This document shows positions 29,782 through 39,342 of a DNA stretch of 54,812 nt, piece by piece. The stretch is from an uncultured candidate division WWE3 bacterium (GTDB taxonomy: Bacteria; Patescibacteriota; WWE3; UBA101185; UBA10185). The notes beneath the pieces were generated by a model. It did no database searches. It saw only the letters and a program-made list of their open reading frames with translations, and had not been told where the DNA came from. Position 1 is the stretch's first letter, and each line of letters starts with the position of its first letter. Where the stretch lies: positions 427,441 through 482,252 of the forward strand of contig CAVXUZ010000005.1 of assembly GCA_963765125.1 (NCBI GenBank). The letters are read 5' to 3'. The translations under genes and the position numbers were made by a program.

Positions 29782-31254
29782 TTATTTTACTTTTATTTTG
29801 TAAATTTCTGTTACTGGATGACCGTCTACAACGTGTGAATATACTGGTGTCTTATTTCTGATTTGAGAAAAAACTACTCCATCTTCTCTCGTAATAAATG
29901 GACGCTCGACATCCACAATAAAATAACAACTTCTTGTTTTTAATATTCCGTATTTTTCTAATGTGTATATTTGTGAGATTTCTTTTCCCTCGTTGGTAAT
30001 GTAGGTACACTTGTCAGAGTCATTTAAAATAGCTTCGTTAACACTTTTCCAGTTTCTAAAATGCGGAAATCCAAAAGTTAATACTTCTTTGTCATCGTAA
30101 AATGGGGTATGCAGAATAATATTTTTGAAAGAAAATATAATTTTTGGATACCAAGGATATTCTGGAGAATGATCGACAAATATTTTATAGGATTGATAAT
30201 TTACGAATGCCAGCGCGGCTATAACTGGCAGTGCAAAAACTAGTAATACATATTTATTCTTTCTAATCTGCGCAAACCCCGATGTAGCAACAAATATGGC
30301 TGGTATTATATAGTTATAGATGTGGGTCCCCGGCTTCTTCATAAGTAGAAATATCACTAAAAAGTTTAATGAAAACCAAAATATAAGTGGTGCACTTTTT
30401 CTATAATTTACCAAACCAATTAAAAATAGTACGAACATAAACGGCAGCGTAATAAATGGGTTATATAAATCGAAAATAAATTTGTGACGAGAAATAGGAA
30501 GTTGCGAAGTACCTACCCTTCTTTCAAAATACTCGGTGTTTACAGTATTGCTAAATTGATTTTGAACATAAGGTACTAAAAAAGGTAGGAGAAGAAGTAA
30601 ACCAAAAAGTAAATTAAACAATGTAATCTTCACTCTTCTTGTCAAAGGAATGCTTTTATCAGAAATGAATCTACCGTAAAAATAAATAATGGGAATTACA
30701 AAAAATATGGCATCCCAATGCGCAAGTAGCGATAATGAAAAGGCTAAAGTTCCCAAAAGAGAAAACACCATTGCTTTTGAAGGATTATTTTTACATTTGA
30801 GAAAAAGATAAACTGCCAAAAAAGAAAAAAGAAGATTTAGATTTTGGTACTGAGCAATACGAGAAAAACCTACGACAAAACCATTTGCCATATAAAGAGT
30901 AGAGCCAAAAACAGCTGTAAGACGCGAAGAAAAATACTCTTTTAAGATAAGATACACAACCAGCACAGATAGCAGATTAGCAATTGTAAACGGCAAACGA
31001 ACCAAAAACTCATTTCGAGCATCGTGGGTAAAAAATACAGTTGCAGACGTGAGAAAAAACTGAAGTGGACCTTTACGCTGGTTAAGCAAAAAGTTATAAA
31101 CAGTTTCGTCGCTTCCATTTCTTATAAACGCCTTCTTTTCGTCGTCTTGAAATTCTGAATAACCGAGATTTGTAAATCTCAGAAAAGAGGCAAGAATAAT
31201 TATGAGTAGTATGGGTAAGACAGCAATTGTAAATGCTTTGACGTTTTTAAACAC
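29782..31254 (-). CDS. GT-C fold membrane glycosyltransferase (ArnT/PMT GT39/83-like)
   Basis: 490 aa polytopic protein. The first loop has an acidic DDE motif (EFQDDEKKAF). Confidence 0.6.
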   Translation of the reverse strand: MFKNVKAFTIAVLPILLIIILASFLRFTNLGYSEFQDDEKKAFIRNGSDETVYNFLLNQRKGPLQFFLTSATVFFTHDARNEFLVRLPFTIANLLSVLVVYLILKEYFSSRLTAVFGSTLYMANGFVVGFSRIAQYQNLNLLFSFLAVYLFLKCKNNPSKAMVFSLLGTLAFSLSLLAHWDAIFFVIPIIYFYGRFISDKSIPLTRRVKITLFNLLFGLLLLLPFLVPYVQNQFSNTVNTEYFERRVGTSQLPISRHKFIFDLYNPFITLPFMFVLFLIGLVNYRKSAPLIFWFSLNFLVIFLLMKKPGTHIYNYIIPAIFVATSGFAQIRKNKYVLLVFALPVIAALAFVNYQSYKIFVDHSPEYPWYPKIIFSFKNIILHTPFYDDKEVLTFGFPHFRNWKSVNEAILNDSDKCTYITNEGKEISQIYTLEKYGILKTRSCYFIVDVERPFITREDGVVFSQIRNKTPVYSHVVDGHPVTEIYKIKVK

Positions 31255-31286
31255 CTCTTATAATTCTATAACATATTGTTACAAAT

Positions 31287-31324
31287 AAAAAAAGACCGAA
31301 GGATTTTGGATACTACCTTCGGTC
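31287..31324 (-). terminator. Intrinsic terminator after the small-paralog pair
   Basis: GACCGAAGG/CCTTCGGTC hairpin followed by TTTTTTT on the minus strand. Confidence 0.8.
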
Positions 31325-31334
31325 AAAGCAAAAT

Positions 31335-31586
31335 CTAAATAGCCAAGATTTCTCCTTCAATACAGAAATTTTCAAGTCCTGGCTTTGATCTCGATGAAAC
31401 AGCACAGCATCTACCAGAAACTGCACCAGTTCTCACGTTAACAAACCATGTGGTTACGCATCCAGTTTCATCGGTCACCTCAATCTTCCAGGTCGAACCT
31501 TTGCTAAGCACACGCACAGAGTCAGTTCTCGATTCAGTCATGAGTGTTGCAACATGACATGCCACCGCAACCGGATCGATAAACAT
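31335..31586 (-). CDS. Small Cys-rich hypothetical protein (PepSY-like beta motif)
   Basis: 83 aa. Has TWKIEVTDETGCVTTWFVNVRTGAVSG and shares an N-terminal VAVAC(H/Q)V with the upstream paralog. G+C-rich by eye. Confidence 0.6.
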   Translation of the reverse strand: MFIDPVAVACHVATLMTESRTDSVRVLSKGSTWKIEVTDETGCVTTWFVNVRTGAVSGRCCAVSSRSKPGLENFCIEGEILAI

Positions 31587-31598
31587 AGCAAGCCTCCT

Positions 31599-31892
31599 TT
31601 AGATTTTGATGTCAATAATCTTTCCTTTACGCCCGCGGTCAGGATCTTCAATATTTACTATCAATGCATGGTGCGTGAAAAACTTCTTTACTTCAGCACC
31701 TTCAAACTTTGTACCTAGGTAAAATATACCTTTGGGTTGTTTTGAAGCTCTAAACCTGACAGTGTATTCTTCAAAACTTACTGTTGTTACAACGACTTCA
31801 ACACAATCAGCCTGTTGCGTAAGCTTTGCACTAGCCACAAGCTCGCATCTATACGCACCAATTACCTGACAAGCAACAGCAACATGGTCCAT
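31599..31892 (-). CDS. Small hypothetical protein, paralog of 31335..31586
   Basis: Start trimmed to MDHVAVACQV (ATG at 31892), which sits 8 nt after AAGGAG. The longer track ORF (to 31994) has no SD. Confidence 0.55.
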   Translation of the reverse strand: MDHVAVACQVIGAYRCELVASAKLTQQADCVEVVVTTVSFEEYTVRFRASKQPKGIFYLGTKFEGAEVKKFFTHHALIVNIEDPDRGRKGKIIDIKI

Positions 31893-32036
31893 GTGGTCAT
31901 CTCCTTTTTTAAGATTTGTAGAGAATTTACCACCTAAATAGCTAGAAATCAAACCTAAAACTCGCTTTGCAGAGATTTTGAGCACAGCGTACAATAAGAA
32001 GGCAAAAGTTTAGCTCTATTTAAAAAGGAGATTAAA

Positions 32037-32306
32037 ATGAAAGTATTAAAATTTGGTGCAGTTTGGTGTTCAGGTTGTTTGGTGATGAGACCAAGATGGC
32101 AAGAAATTGAAAAAGAGTATCCTGAATTAAAAACTTTATACTTTGACTTTGATAAAGATAAAGAAATGATTGAAAAATATAAAATAGATGAAACATTACC
32201 AACATTTGTATTTTTAACAAACGAAGATGAAGAATTTTTAAGACTTACGGGTGAGGTAGAAAAAAGTAAATTACTAGAAATTATTAAAGAATACTTCGAT
32301 AGATAA
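32037..32306 (+). CDS. Thioredoxin-fold protein (WCSGC active site)
   Basis: 89 aa with a CxxC motif WCSGC. SD AAGGAG lies upstream. Confidence 0.8.
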   Translation: MKVLKFGAVWCSGCLVMRPRWQEIEKEYPELKTLYFDFDKDKEMIEKYKIDETLPTFVFLTNEDEEFLRLTGEVEKSKLLEIIKEYFDR

Positions 32307-32309
32307 ATT

Positions 32310-33494
32310 ATGAAATTGAAATATTTTTTCACAGCATTAGTATTTTTTGTATCTTTAAGTGTCGGCCTTACTAAAGCTGAAGAAAATATTAATATTTATT
32401 TTTTCTGGGGTGATGGCTGTCCGCATTGTGCAAAAGAAGAAGAATTTCTAAAAATACTTACCGCGGAAGATAGATCGATTACCGTTAAAGATTACGAAGT
32501 CTGGAACAGCGCTGAAAATAGAGAATTCATGAGAAAGGCTGGTGAAAAAATTGGAGTTGAAGTCAACGGAGTTCCCTTTACGATAATTGGCGAAAAACAT
32601 GTCATTGGTTATTTAAACGATAAAACAACTGGCGTAGTAATAGAGCAGCTAATTGATGAGTGTAAAACTAACGGCTGCAAGGACGTAATCGCAGAGCTAG
32701 AAATCGCCAAACCTACAGAAGAGCCTGTAATCAAGGAAGAACAATCCGAGCAAAAACCCCCTCTAATAATTTCTGGATTTGACCTAAACAACCTCTCTTT
32801 ACCACTTCTAACAGTGGTATTAGGATTTCTCGACGGCTTTAACCCCTGCGCAATGTGGACACTTTTATTTTTAATCAGTCTCCTTCTTGGAATGGAAAAT
32901 AAAAAAAGAATGTGGGCATTAGGAATTGCGTTTATCATAACCTCTGCGCTAGTTTACTTTTTATTTATGGTCGCGTGGCTGAAATTATTTTTATTTATTG
33001 GTTTTATATTTTGGGTGAGAGCGTTAATTGGAGTAGTTGCATTAGTCGGAGGATATTACAGCCTTAAGAAATTTATAGAAAAGAAAACAGACGGATGCGA
33101 TGTTGTTGACGCAGATAAAAAGAAAAATGTATTTGATAAACTAGGCAAAATTACATCAAATAAATCATTTATATTAGCTTTAATTGGAATCGTCGGTCTC
33201 GCGTTTGCAGTAAACTTAGTCGAACTCATCTGTTCAGCCGGCCTCCCCGCAATTTATACGCAAGTTTTAGCTCTCAACAATATGGCAGGCGTTCAATACT
33301 ACCTTTATATACTCGCTTATATTTTATTTTTTATGCTTGATGATTTAATAGTCTTTTTTATAGCCATGATTACGTTGCAAATGACAGGCATTACCACTAA
33401 ATACGTCCGTTATTCAAGACTAATCGGCGGCGTTTTGATGCTGTTAATCGGCCTTCTTCTCATTTTTAAACCTGAACTTTTGATGATGGGATAA
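32310..33494 (+). CDS. Fused periplasmic thioredoxin/glutaredoxin-fold domain (CPHC) and CcdA/DsbD-like transmembrane thiol-disulfide transporter
   Basis: Signal peptide, WGDGCPHCAKEE, then a TM core with the DGFNPCA motif of the DsbD/CcdA family. Confidence 0.75.
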   Translation: MKLKYFFTALVFFVSLSVGLTKAEENINIYFFWGDGCPHCAKEEEFLKILTAEDRSITVKDYEVWNSAENREFMRKAGEKIGVEVNGVPFTIIGEKHVIGYLNDKTTGVVIEQLIDECKTNGCKDVIAELEIAKPTEEPVIKEEQSEQKPPLIISGFDLNNLSLPLLTVVLGFLDGFNPCAMWTLLFLISLLLGMENKKRMWALGIAFIITSALVYFLFMVAWLKLFLFIGFIFWVRALIGVVALVGGYYSLKKFIEKKTDGCDVVDADKKKNVFDKLGKITSNKSFILALIGIVGLAFAVNLVELICSAGLPAIYTQVLALNNMAGVQYYLYILAYILFFMLDDLIVFFIAMITLQMTGITTKYVRYSRLIGGVLMLLIGLLLIFKPELLMMG

Positions 33495-33506
33495 TCGGCT
33501 GCAAAA

Positions 33507-34982
33507 CTAACTGCTATCTAAGGTAAAACCAATTCTATTTTGTAAATATTGTTCCCATTTATACCTATCATCTTTTTCTGGTACAGCAGTTTTCAGTTCT
33601 TCTTTGGTAATTTTAATGTCATTTCTCATCTGAATTTCAATAAAGTTGTGATCATCATAGAATGTACTCCTCGCGAGGTACCATGGAACTACTGGCCAAC
33701 TCATTATTTCCTTATAGCTACTTCCTGACTCATAACTGCAGTCAACTCCTAGCACATAATACGGAGCAGAATCACTATACATTCCTCCTGAGCCAGTTAC
33801 TTCATCGTTTTGTGTATATATAATCGCAGCGGGACCCATCATTCTAAGCTCCCTTGTAAAATCTATACCAGCTGGCATCCATGAGTTAACAACAACATCA
33901 ATCTGTGAATGCTCGGTTTCTTTTGCAGTATAAATATTTTCCTGGCGTTCATGAATTTTAACAATCTCCTGATGATAATAATCAGACCTTGAAATATAAT
34001 AATCGGAAATACTATTGCGAATCTCCTCAATAGACATTGTTCCATCTGGGACTACTCCACTTTCATTTAAAATATTAATCGCAGTGTCTCCGTAAGCTCC
34101 AGTTAATAGAGAAACAATGCTGGGCAAATAAAATCCATCCTCGCTAAGACCCTCTAGACTGGCCATTAACGCACTTATGCGTACTAACTCTGCTCTACCA
34201 GTCTCAGTTATTTCTGTGCTTTCGTTTTGAAGTTTTGTGAATTCATTTTTCTCAGAGACATCTAACTTGGGGCCAAACATCTCGAGTGCCTGTTTTGCCG
34301 AACCAACTTCAAATTTTAAGTTTGATGTGTCTTCGTAAATTACTTTCGCTTTTTCTATAAGATTCACATCAGGGTCAACAACAATTACCTCAAGAGCAAT
34401 TCCCTGCTTTGTTGCCTCGTCTGCGATAAGCTTACCTAGAAAACCTGAACCTCCACCTACATCAACCACTTTAATCTTTCCCTCTCTCTGAGATATTTTG
34501 TGAACCTCAACTGCGGTTTTAACATATTGTAAAATATCCTGTTTTTTTGGTATCCAAAAACAAGGTACTTTTTCCATACCTTCTCTCCAGTGCTCCAAAT
34601 CGTTTATTTCTTCAGGTCTTATTATTTTTTGCTCATACTTATGTACGTCACTGTCTATACTATTTACTTTTTTATCATTACGAGCACTAATTATTTCTAT
34701 CTGCTTATCAATATCTCGAGAATTGGTTATTACCTCATGAGCTAGTTTCCAACCAGCTTCTCTTGTTATCTCTTCCAACTCTGATAACATTTCTTTTCTT
34801 TTTTGTGAGTCTAGTGTAGCCAGAACAGTAGAAATATCATCGCGTATACCATTCTCATAGCCTTCATTTAAACCTACGATTGTAGCCATAACACTAGCCA
34901 ACTCTTTACGGGCGTGTTCGTGCTCGTCAGAGTCACTTATTTTATTAGAAATTTCGCTAATCTGTTCCGTGTTGTTTATCAT
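33507..34982 (-). CDS. Class I SAM-dependent methyltransferase-fold protein with N-terminal helical extension and large internal insertion
   Basis: Motif I VVDVGGGSGFLG, acidic post-I VVDPD, and strand-4-like IDVVVNSWMP about 130 aa further on. No DPPY/NPPY or PCQ DNA-MTase motif seen. Confidence 0.6.
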   Translation of the reverse strand: MINNTEQISEISNKISDSDEHEHARKELASVMATIVGLNEGYENGIRDDISTVLATLDSQKRKEMLSELEEITREAGWKLAHEVITNSRDIDKQIEIISARNDKKVNSIDSDVHKYEQKIIRPEEINDLEHWREGMEKVPCFWIPKKQDILQYVKTAVEVHKISQREGKIKVVDVGGGSGFLGKLIADEATKQGIALEVIVVDPDVNLIEKAKVIYEDTSNLKFEVGSAKQALEMFGPKLDVSEKNEFTKLQNESTEITETGRAELVRISALMASLEGLSEDGFYLPSIVSLLTGAYGDTAINILNESGVVPDGTMSIEEIRNSISDYYISRSDYYHQEIVKIHERQENIYTAKETEHSQIDVVVNSWMPAGIDFTRELRMMGPAAIIYTQNDEVTGSGGMYSDSAPYYVLGVDCSYESGSSYKEIMSWPVVPWYLARSTFYDDHNFIEIQMRNDIKITKEELKTAVPEKDDRYKWEQYLQNRIGFTLDSS

Positions 34983-35229
34983 ATTTATTAATAATGTTAG
35001 TAAGATTATCCAAAGATTTATTTAAAGCTATTAATTTTGTAGGTGAACTTGCAAGCTTCTTTAAACTTGCAACACGAATTCGCAAAAAAACCAGCACTTC
35101 ACAGAGTTGTTCAAACGTCAAATTATTACACCTGTTTATTATCAGGTCTGACTTAAGCGTATCGCACACTCCAGGTAGTTCTAAAAGAAGTTTAACTCGC
35201 TCTATAAGTTGTTCTTTTGTTTGTAACAC
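34957..35229 (-). CDS. Small helical hypothetical protein (uncertain)
   Basis: 90 aa with a GTG start 7-8 nt after a TATAAT box (35237-35242). Its end overlaps the methyltransferase start by 26 nt. A competing plus-strand ORF exists. Confidence 0.35.
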   Translation of the reverse strand: MLQTKEQLIERVKLLLELPGVCDTLKSDLIINRCNNLTFEQLCEVLVFLRIRVASLKKLASSPTKLIALNKSLDNLTNIINKYDKQHGTD

Positions 35230-35477
35230 AGCTAAATTATATCATTATCATTTCTTAAATATTCATATTTTAAAGATAAAAACGCTGTCTTAAGCCAAAA
35301 TCATATAGTTAATGAAACGCTAGGTTAGGGCTGCTTTCTTTAATTTTTATAGCTATTAGTTAGTAAAGCACAGCTAAAGTCGCGAATTTAGAATTTTTTA
35401 ATGGTGCGGGGTTTTAAATCTTACTCAGCGTGTTTCACAAATGTGGGTGAATGTTTGCGCTCAGAAGCATGATGGGA

Positions 35478-35517
35478 TAAAAAAATTCCCCACGTTATGT
35501 ATATAACAATGGGGAAT
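35478..35517 (-). terminator. Intrinsic terminator after the helicase gene
   Basis: ATTCCCCA/TGGGGAAT hairpin followed by TTTTTTT on the minus strand, 7 nt after the stop. Confidence 0.8.
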
Positions 35518-35523
35518 TATATT

Positions 35524-38500
35524 TTAAGAAACTGGAACAAGTAGCAAATCGACTCTTGTTTGGGTTTCTTCTTTTTTTACTGCAGCAATCTTTACTCTTA
35601 GCTGGCTACCAACTTTATAATCCCAAGTATTGTGGGGATAAAGATTTGGTATTCTCACAAGACCAGTAAATCCTATCGGCAGTGTTACAAACACTCCAAG
35701 ATTTTCAGGAGTACTATAAACTACTCCGTCGTATTCGCTTCCGATTACGAGGTCGCTATAGTTTCCTTCAATTCTCTTCACACGCAATTGGTTTGACTTC
35801 CAATACAGCTTGTTTACTGCTCTTCGATAGTCATTGCTGTGTACCAATTCGTACAAATGTTTATAGACGTCAAAACTCATATGCCCTTTAAACACCAGCT
35901 TGTCTGACTCGTCGACGTAAAGGTTACCACCACTTTGCTCTAAAGTTTTCATTTCTTCTTCGGTAAACTCATCTAAATTAACCCGATACTCCTTTTCGGT
36001 ATCAAGATTAAAGTTTATTTGATAAGTTTCTCCCAGAGCAGTTTCGGATAACGGTTTATGCCACCTGCTTGCCCACGGCGATACAACAAAAAACAGTCCT
36101 TCTGACGGAATACTCCAATCGAGAAGTACGTGTACTGAACGGTCGGCTTCTATTTCAAACACTTTACCAACTGTTGAGTAAACACCACCATTAGTACGTT
36201 GCTGCCTCAGTTTAGATGAAAGTGCAATCTCAACTTTAGGAAGAGTTGATACTTTAACGTAATTTAGATCCTCTCTGATGAACATCACTGTTGCATCAAG
36301 AATGGTTCCTAGTGGCACTTGTGTAAGTGCTCTTTTTACGTAACTAAACATCATATCTTCTGGGTCGATTGCAATTATCAATCCGCTATTTGGTTCGATT
36401 GTCACTAGTGAAACTTCTCCATCTTCTGGATAAATCCCATGCTGAATAACCTCAAGTTTTACAGTTTTGCCAATTTCACAGACATCAACAAATTTTTTAA
36501 ATTTGTTCTGTTTATCTTGAACCGTTACCCAACATTCAACTAGCGACTGCTCGTCGAAATAGTATTTTTCAACTACAACTTCGAGTTCTTGACCCAAACT
36601 AACACTGCACTCTTGACCAACTTCTAACAGAATTGGAAAACCAAATTTTCCAATCTTAACTGAACTTGCAATACTTTCGACTTCTTCAGGATTGAACGCG
36701 GGCTTTTCGTCGACTTCAGATTCTTCCCCCTCGTCAACATCCTCTTCGTCTTCTTCCTGAATTTCGTCAGCGGCATTACTCATTATTTCTGTTATGCCTA
36801 ACCAGCTTCCATCTGAGAGTATTTCTAATCTCGCAACATCACCAGCTGGGTTAATCTCAGCAACAGACGCTTTGTAGAAACAATTGCTTGGAAGCAACTG
36901 TTCACACAAAATACGTTCATAGAGATTTGGTTCTTCAGGATTATCTGCCATCTCGCCTAATAACTTTGCGAATTGCCAGTGTTTATCAACTGAAGTTTGT
37001 AGATTTGAAGCAATGCTTGTGAAGGTTGTTAGCGATTCAACATTTGATTTCATTTTGGATTGATAGACATAATTATTGTCATTTCCGCTACTAATCAATG
37101 CGTCACTGCCAAGATACCTTAACAACACTGCACGAGTCCTTGGTATTAAATCTATTTCGACTGGCCGAACATTCAATCCTCTTTTATGGACATAGAAAGA
37201 AGATAAAATCTCTTCTTGTCTTTCCTTCAACACTTTTGAAAATATTTCGTGATTAACAAAGTTTCTTTTTGCCCATGCAACTTTTTCAATAGGGGTTCGC
37301 AGATTACCTGTTGATAAGTCCACTTCCCAAGATAAAAACAGTTTGAGCAAAAATTCAATGTCATCATGACAACCAGTCATCAGTGCTTTGTGAACACGGT
37401 ACACTTCATACTTTGTTTGTGCACTCCAGCGCTTATCCCATTTAAGGATTTGACGCAATCCGCCATTTCTTATAATCGGGATGAGAGTAGCAGTCTCTAC
37501 TAAACATCCGTAGATGTCAGCAGAAAGTAAAAGATCAACTATTTTTGCCGAGTAGTTAAATCGACGCAATAGTCTTCCGTATTCTGTGAGTGTTCCCTCT
37601 TCGTCTAAAGCTTTAACACTTGTTAGAACTTTTACAGCTCGGTCAACTTCTTCCGCGGGAGGATTATCTAACCAATTATTCTTAAGGTCAGCAAGTCCCG
37701 CAGCTCGAGAGTTAGATAATGCATTTTCAAGGTTCAATCTCTCAAAGTCAGTCTTTGGAAATTCAGGCATCGCTTCAAACTGATCTTTTGTGTAAGTCGT
37801 AAAAGCTCTGCCGTCACGAACACGTCCAGCACGCCCCCACCTCTGTCTAGCGTTTGCTTGGCTAATCAAAGTCAGAGGAATTTTAGTTTGTCCTAAAGCT
37901 GAATCCCAAACGGGTACTTTAGACAAACCAGTTTCTACGACGTGTACCAAACTTTCGATAGTAACCGATGCCTCAGCAATATTTGTGCTTACTACTACAC
38001 GGATTACTTTTTCTAACTCTTTACCGTTTATCGCCTGCTCTTGAATAGACGAGTCGACGCCGCGGTAAAGTGGTAAAATCTTAACCTTCATTTCTTTTGT
38101 GTTACTTTTACGCACTAAAGAAGATAGGTGTTCAACCGTGGCTTCGACTTCTCTTTTGCCCGGCATAAAAACTAGAATATCTCCTTTATCAAGTTTGCCT
38201 TCTTTTATCTGATCTATTACCCAAGCTGCCTTTTTTGCGGCTGTCGAAGTAATCATTGAGGACAATTTTGCAAGGTCTTCGTAGGGAAGTCGCTCGCTAT
38301 CATCCATCCAATCAACTTCTCCAGTCTCAGGGTTCAAGTAGCTGTGAGTCTTAGCTTCGAAATGAACTATTGTAGTGGTATCTTTTCCAAAATAATTTTG
38401 GAATTTTTCAGCGTCAATTGTTGCACTAGCAATAATAATCTTTAGATGCTGGTGCATTGGCATTTGTTCTTTGAGATTTCTCAAGATCATATCTATTTCT

Positions 38501-39225
38501 AATGATCTATCGTGTGCCTCATCAACCATTACGATACCAACGTTTTTTAAATCACCACGCTCAATCATATTAACTACCTGGCCATGCGTTTTTTGCACAA
38601 CAAGGTTTCGCTGATCTGCGTTTGCCTCACCACCATGTGTAAATCCAATAGTCCCACCAGCACCCAACCTTGAGTTATCAATTTTTGCAGCATACGATGC
38701 AGTATTAGACGCAGCAACCCTCCTAGGTTGTCCGACAATTATCTGCCCGTTCTTTGTAAAAAAATCTTCTGGTATACCTTCTGGTGGTTCAGACAACCAT
38801 TGAACAAATTTTGTTGACTTTCCTGAACCAGTACCTCCCAATATGATTGCAACTCTGTGGCTTGGATCTTTAAACCATTCGTATATCTGGTGAATATTCT
38901 CCTCGGTTACCCCAAATTTGCGCTTGCTTGCTTCAGTCTCTATCTCTGGTTCAAGCTGGTGTGTACGTTCAGCATGTTTAACCATACCTAAAGTTCCCAC
39001 CTCCAACTGTGAAATATCAAAACCTTGCCGAAGTTTCAGCGTGAAGTAGCTTGTTGCCATTTCCTGCCTAGCTTTGCTGTGCTTACCTTGACAACTTTCG
39101 CAGTATTCAGGTCTTGAAAACCCGTATTTTGCAAGTGCGCGGTATGATCTATCCGAGTAGTACACCCAACCAAGACAGTCGGGTTTACCAAAGTCTTTAC
39201 ACTTCACCTTCCATATCTTAGCCAT
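35524..39225 (-). CDS. DEAH/RHA-family (HrpA-like) RNA helicase with N-terminal Cys4 Zn-ribbon-like extension, acidic linker and C-terminal S1/OB domains
   Basis: Motifs GGTGSGKST, VDEAHDRS, SATID, TNIAEASVTI and QRWGRAGR. Cys at residues 9, 17, 42 and 45. Acidic run EIQEEDEEDVDEGEESEVDE. The terminal ~75 aa have an S1-like pattern (GSEYDGVVYS...GVFVTLP.GFTGLVRI...VGSQLRVKI). Confidence 0.9.
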   Translation of the reverse strand: MAKIWKVKCKDFGKPDCLGWVYYSDRSYRALAKYGFSRPEYCESCQGKHSKARQEMATSYFTLKLRQGFDISQLEVGTLGMVKHAERTHQLEPEIETEASKRKFGVTEENIHQIYEWFKDPSHRVAIILGGTGSGKSTKFVQWLSEPPEGIPEDFFTKNGQIIVGQPRRVAASNTASYAAKIDNSRLGAGGTIGFTHGGEANADQRNLVVQKTHGQVVNMIERGDLKNVGIVMVDEAHDRSLEIDMILRNLKEQMPMHQHLKIIIASATIDAEKFQNYFGKDTTTIVHFEAKTHSYLNPETGEVDWMDDSERLPYEDLAKLSSMITSTAAKKAAWVIDQIKEGKLDKGDILVFMPGKREVEATVEHLSSLVRKSNTKEMKVKILPLYRGVDSSIQEQAINGKELEKVIRVVVSTNIAEASVTIESLVHVVETGLSKVPVWDSALGQTKIPLTLISQANARQRWGRAGRVRDGRAFTTYTKDQFEAMPEFPKTDFERLNLENALSNSRAAGLADLKNNWLDNPPAEEVDRAVKVLTSVKALDEEGTLTEYGRLLRRFNYSAKIVDLLLSADIYGCLVETATLIPIIRNGGLRQILKWDKRWSAQTKYEVYRVHKALMTGCHDDIEFLLKLFLSWEVDLSTGNLRTPIEKVAWAKRNFVNHEIFSKVLKERQEEILSSFYVHKRGLNVRPVEIDLIPRTRAVLLRYLGSDALISSGNDNNYVYQSKMKSNVESLTTFTSIASNLQTSVDKHWQFAKLLGEMADNPEEPNLYERILCEQLLPSNCFYKASVAEINPAGDVARLEILSDGSWLGITEIMSNAADEIQEEDEEDVDEGEESEVDEKPAFNPEEVESIASSVKIGKFGFPILLEVGQECSVSLGQELEVVVEKYYFDEQSLVECWVTVQDKQNKFKKFVDVCEIGKTVKLEVIQHGIYPEDGEVSLVTIEPNSGLIIAIDPEDMMFSYVKRALTQVPLGTILDATVMFIREDLNYVKVSTLPKVEIALSSKLRQQRTNGGVYSTVGKVFEIEADRSVHVLLDWSIPSEGLFFVVSPWASRWHKPLSETALGETYQINFNLDTEKEYRVNLDEFTEEEMKTLEQSGGNLYVDESDKLVFKGHMSFDVYKHLYELVHSNDYRRAVNKLYWKSNQLRVKRIEGNYSDLVIGSEYDGVVYSTPENLGVFVTLPIGFTGLVRIPNLYPHNTWDYKVGSQLRVKIAAVKKEETQTRVDLLLVPVS

Positions 39226-39270
39226 CTCTGAGATTCTCCTCTCTTATAGGTTATTTGAATTTGTTAAGCG

Positions 39271-39279
39271 GATTCTACC
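39271..39279 (-). promoter_or_regulatory. Extended -10 promoter element (TGGTAGAAT) for the helicase gene
   Basis: The minus strand reads TGGTAGAAT about 45 nt upstream of the helicase ATG and just after the upstream terminator. The -35 is weak. Confidence 0.4.
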
Positions 39280-39290
39280 AGAATTATCAC

Positions 39291-39335
39291 AAAAAGAAAA
39301 AGCCGGAGTGACATAATATTTTTGTCATTCCGGCT
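39291..39335 (-). terminator. Intrinsic terminator after the three-gene operon
   Basis: AGCCGGAATGAC/GTCACTCCGGCT (11 of 12 bp) followed by TTTTCTTTTT on the minus strand, 8 nt after the stop of 39343..40452. Confidence 0.8.
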
Positions 39336-39342
39336 TATTTGT

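Noticed and set aside
31955-32332. 125-aa and 62-aa minus-strand ORFs overlapping the thioredoxin gene.
   Set aside because: They are antisense to a well-supported CxxC thioredoxin ORF that has a strong SD. They are low-complexity AT-rich translations.
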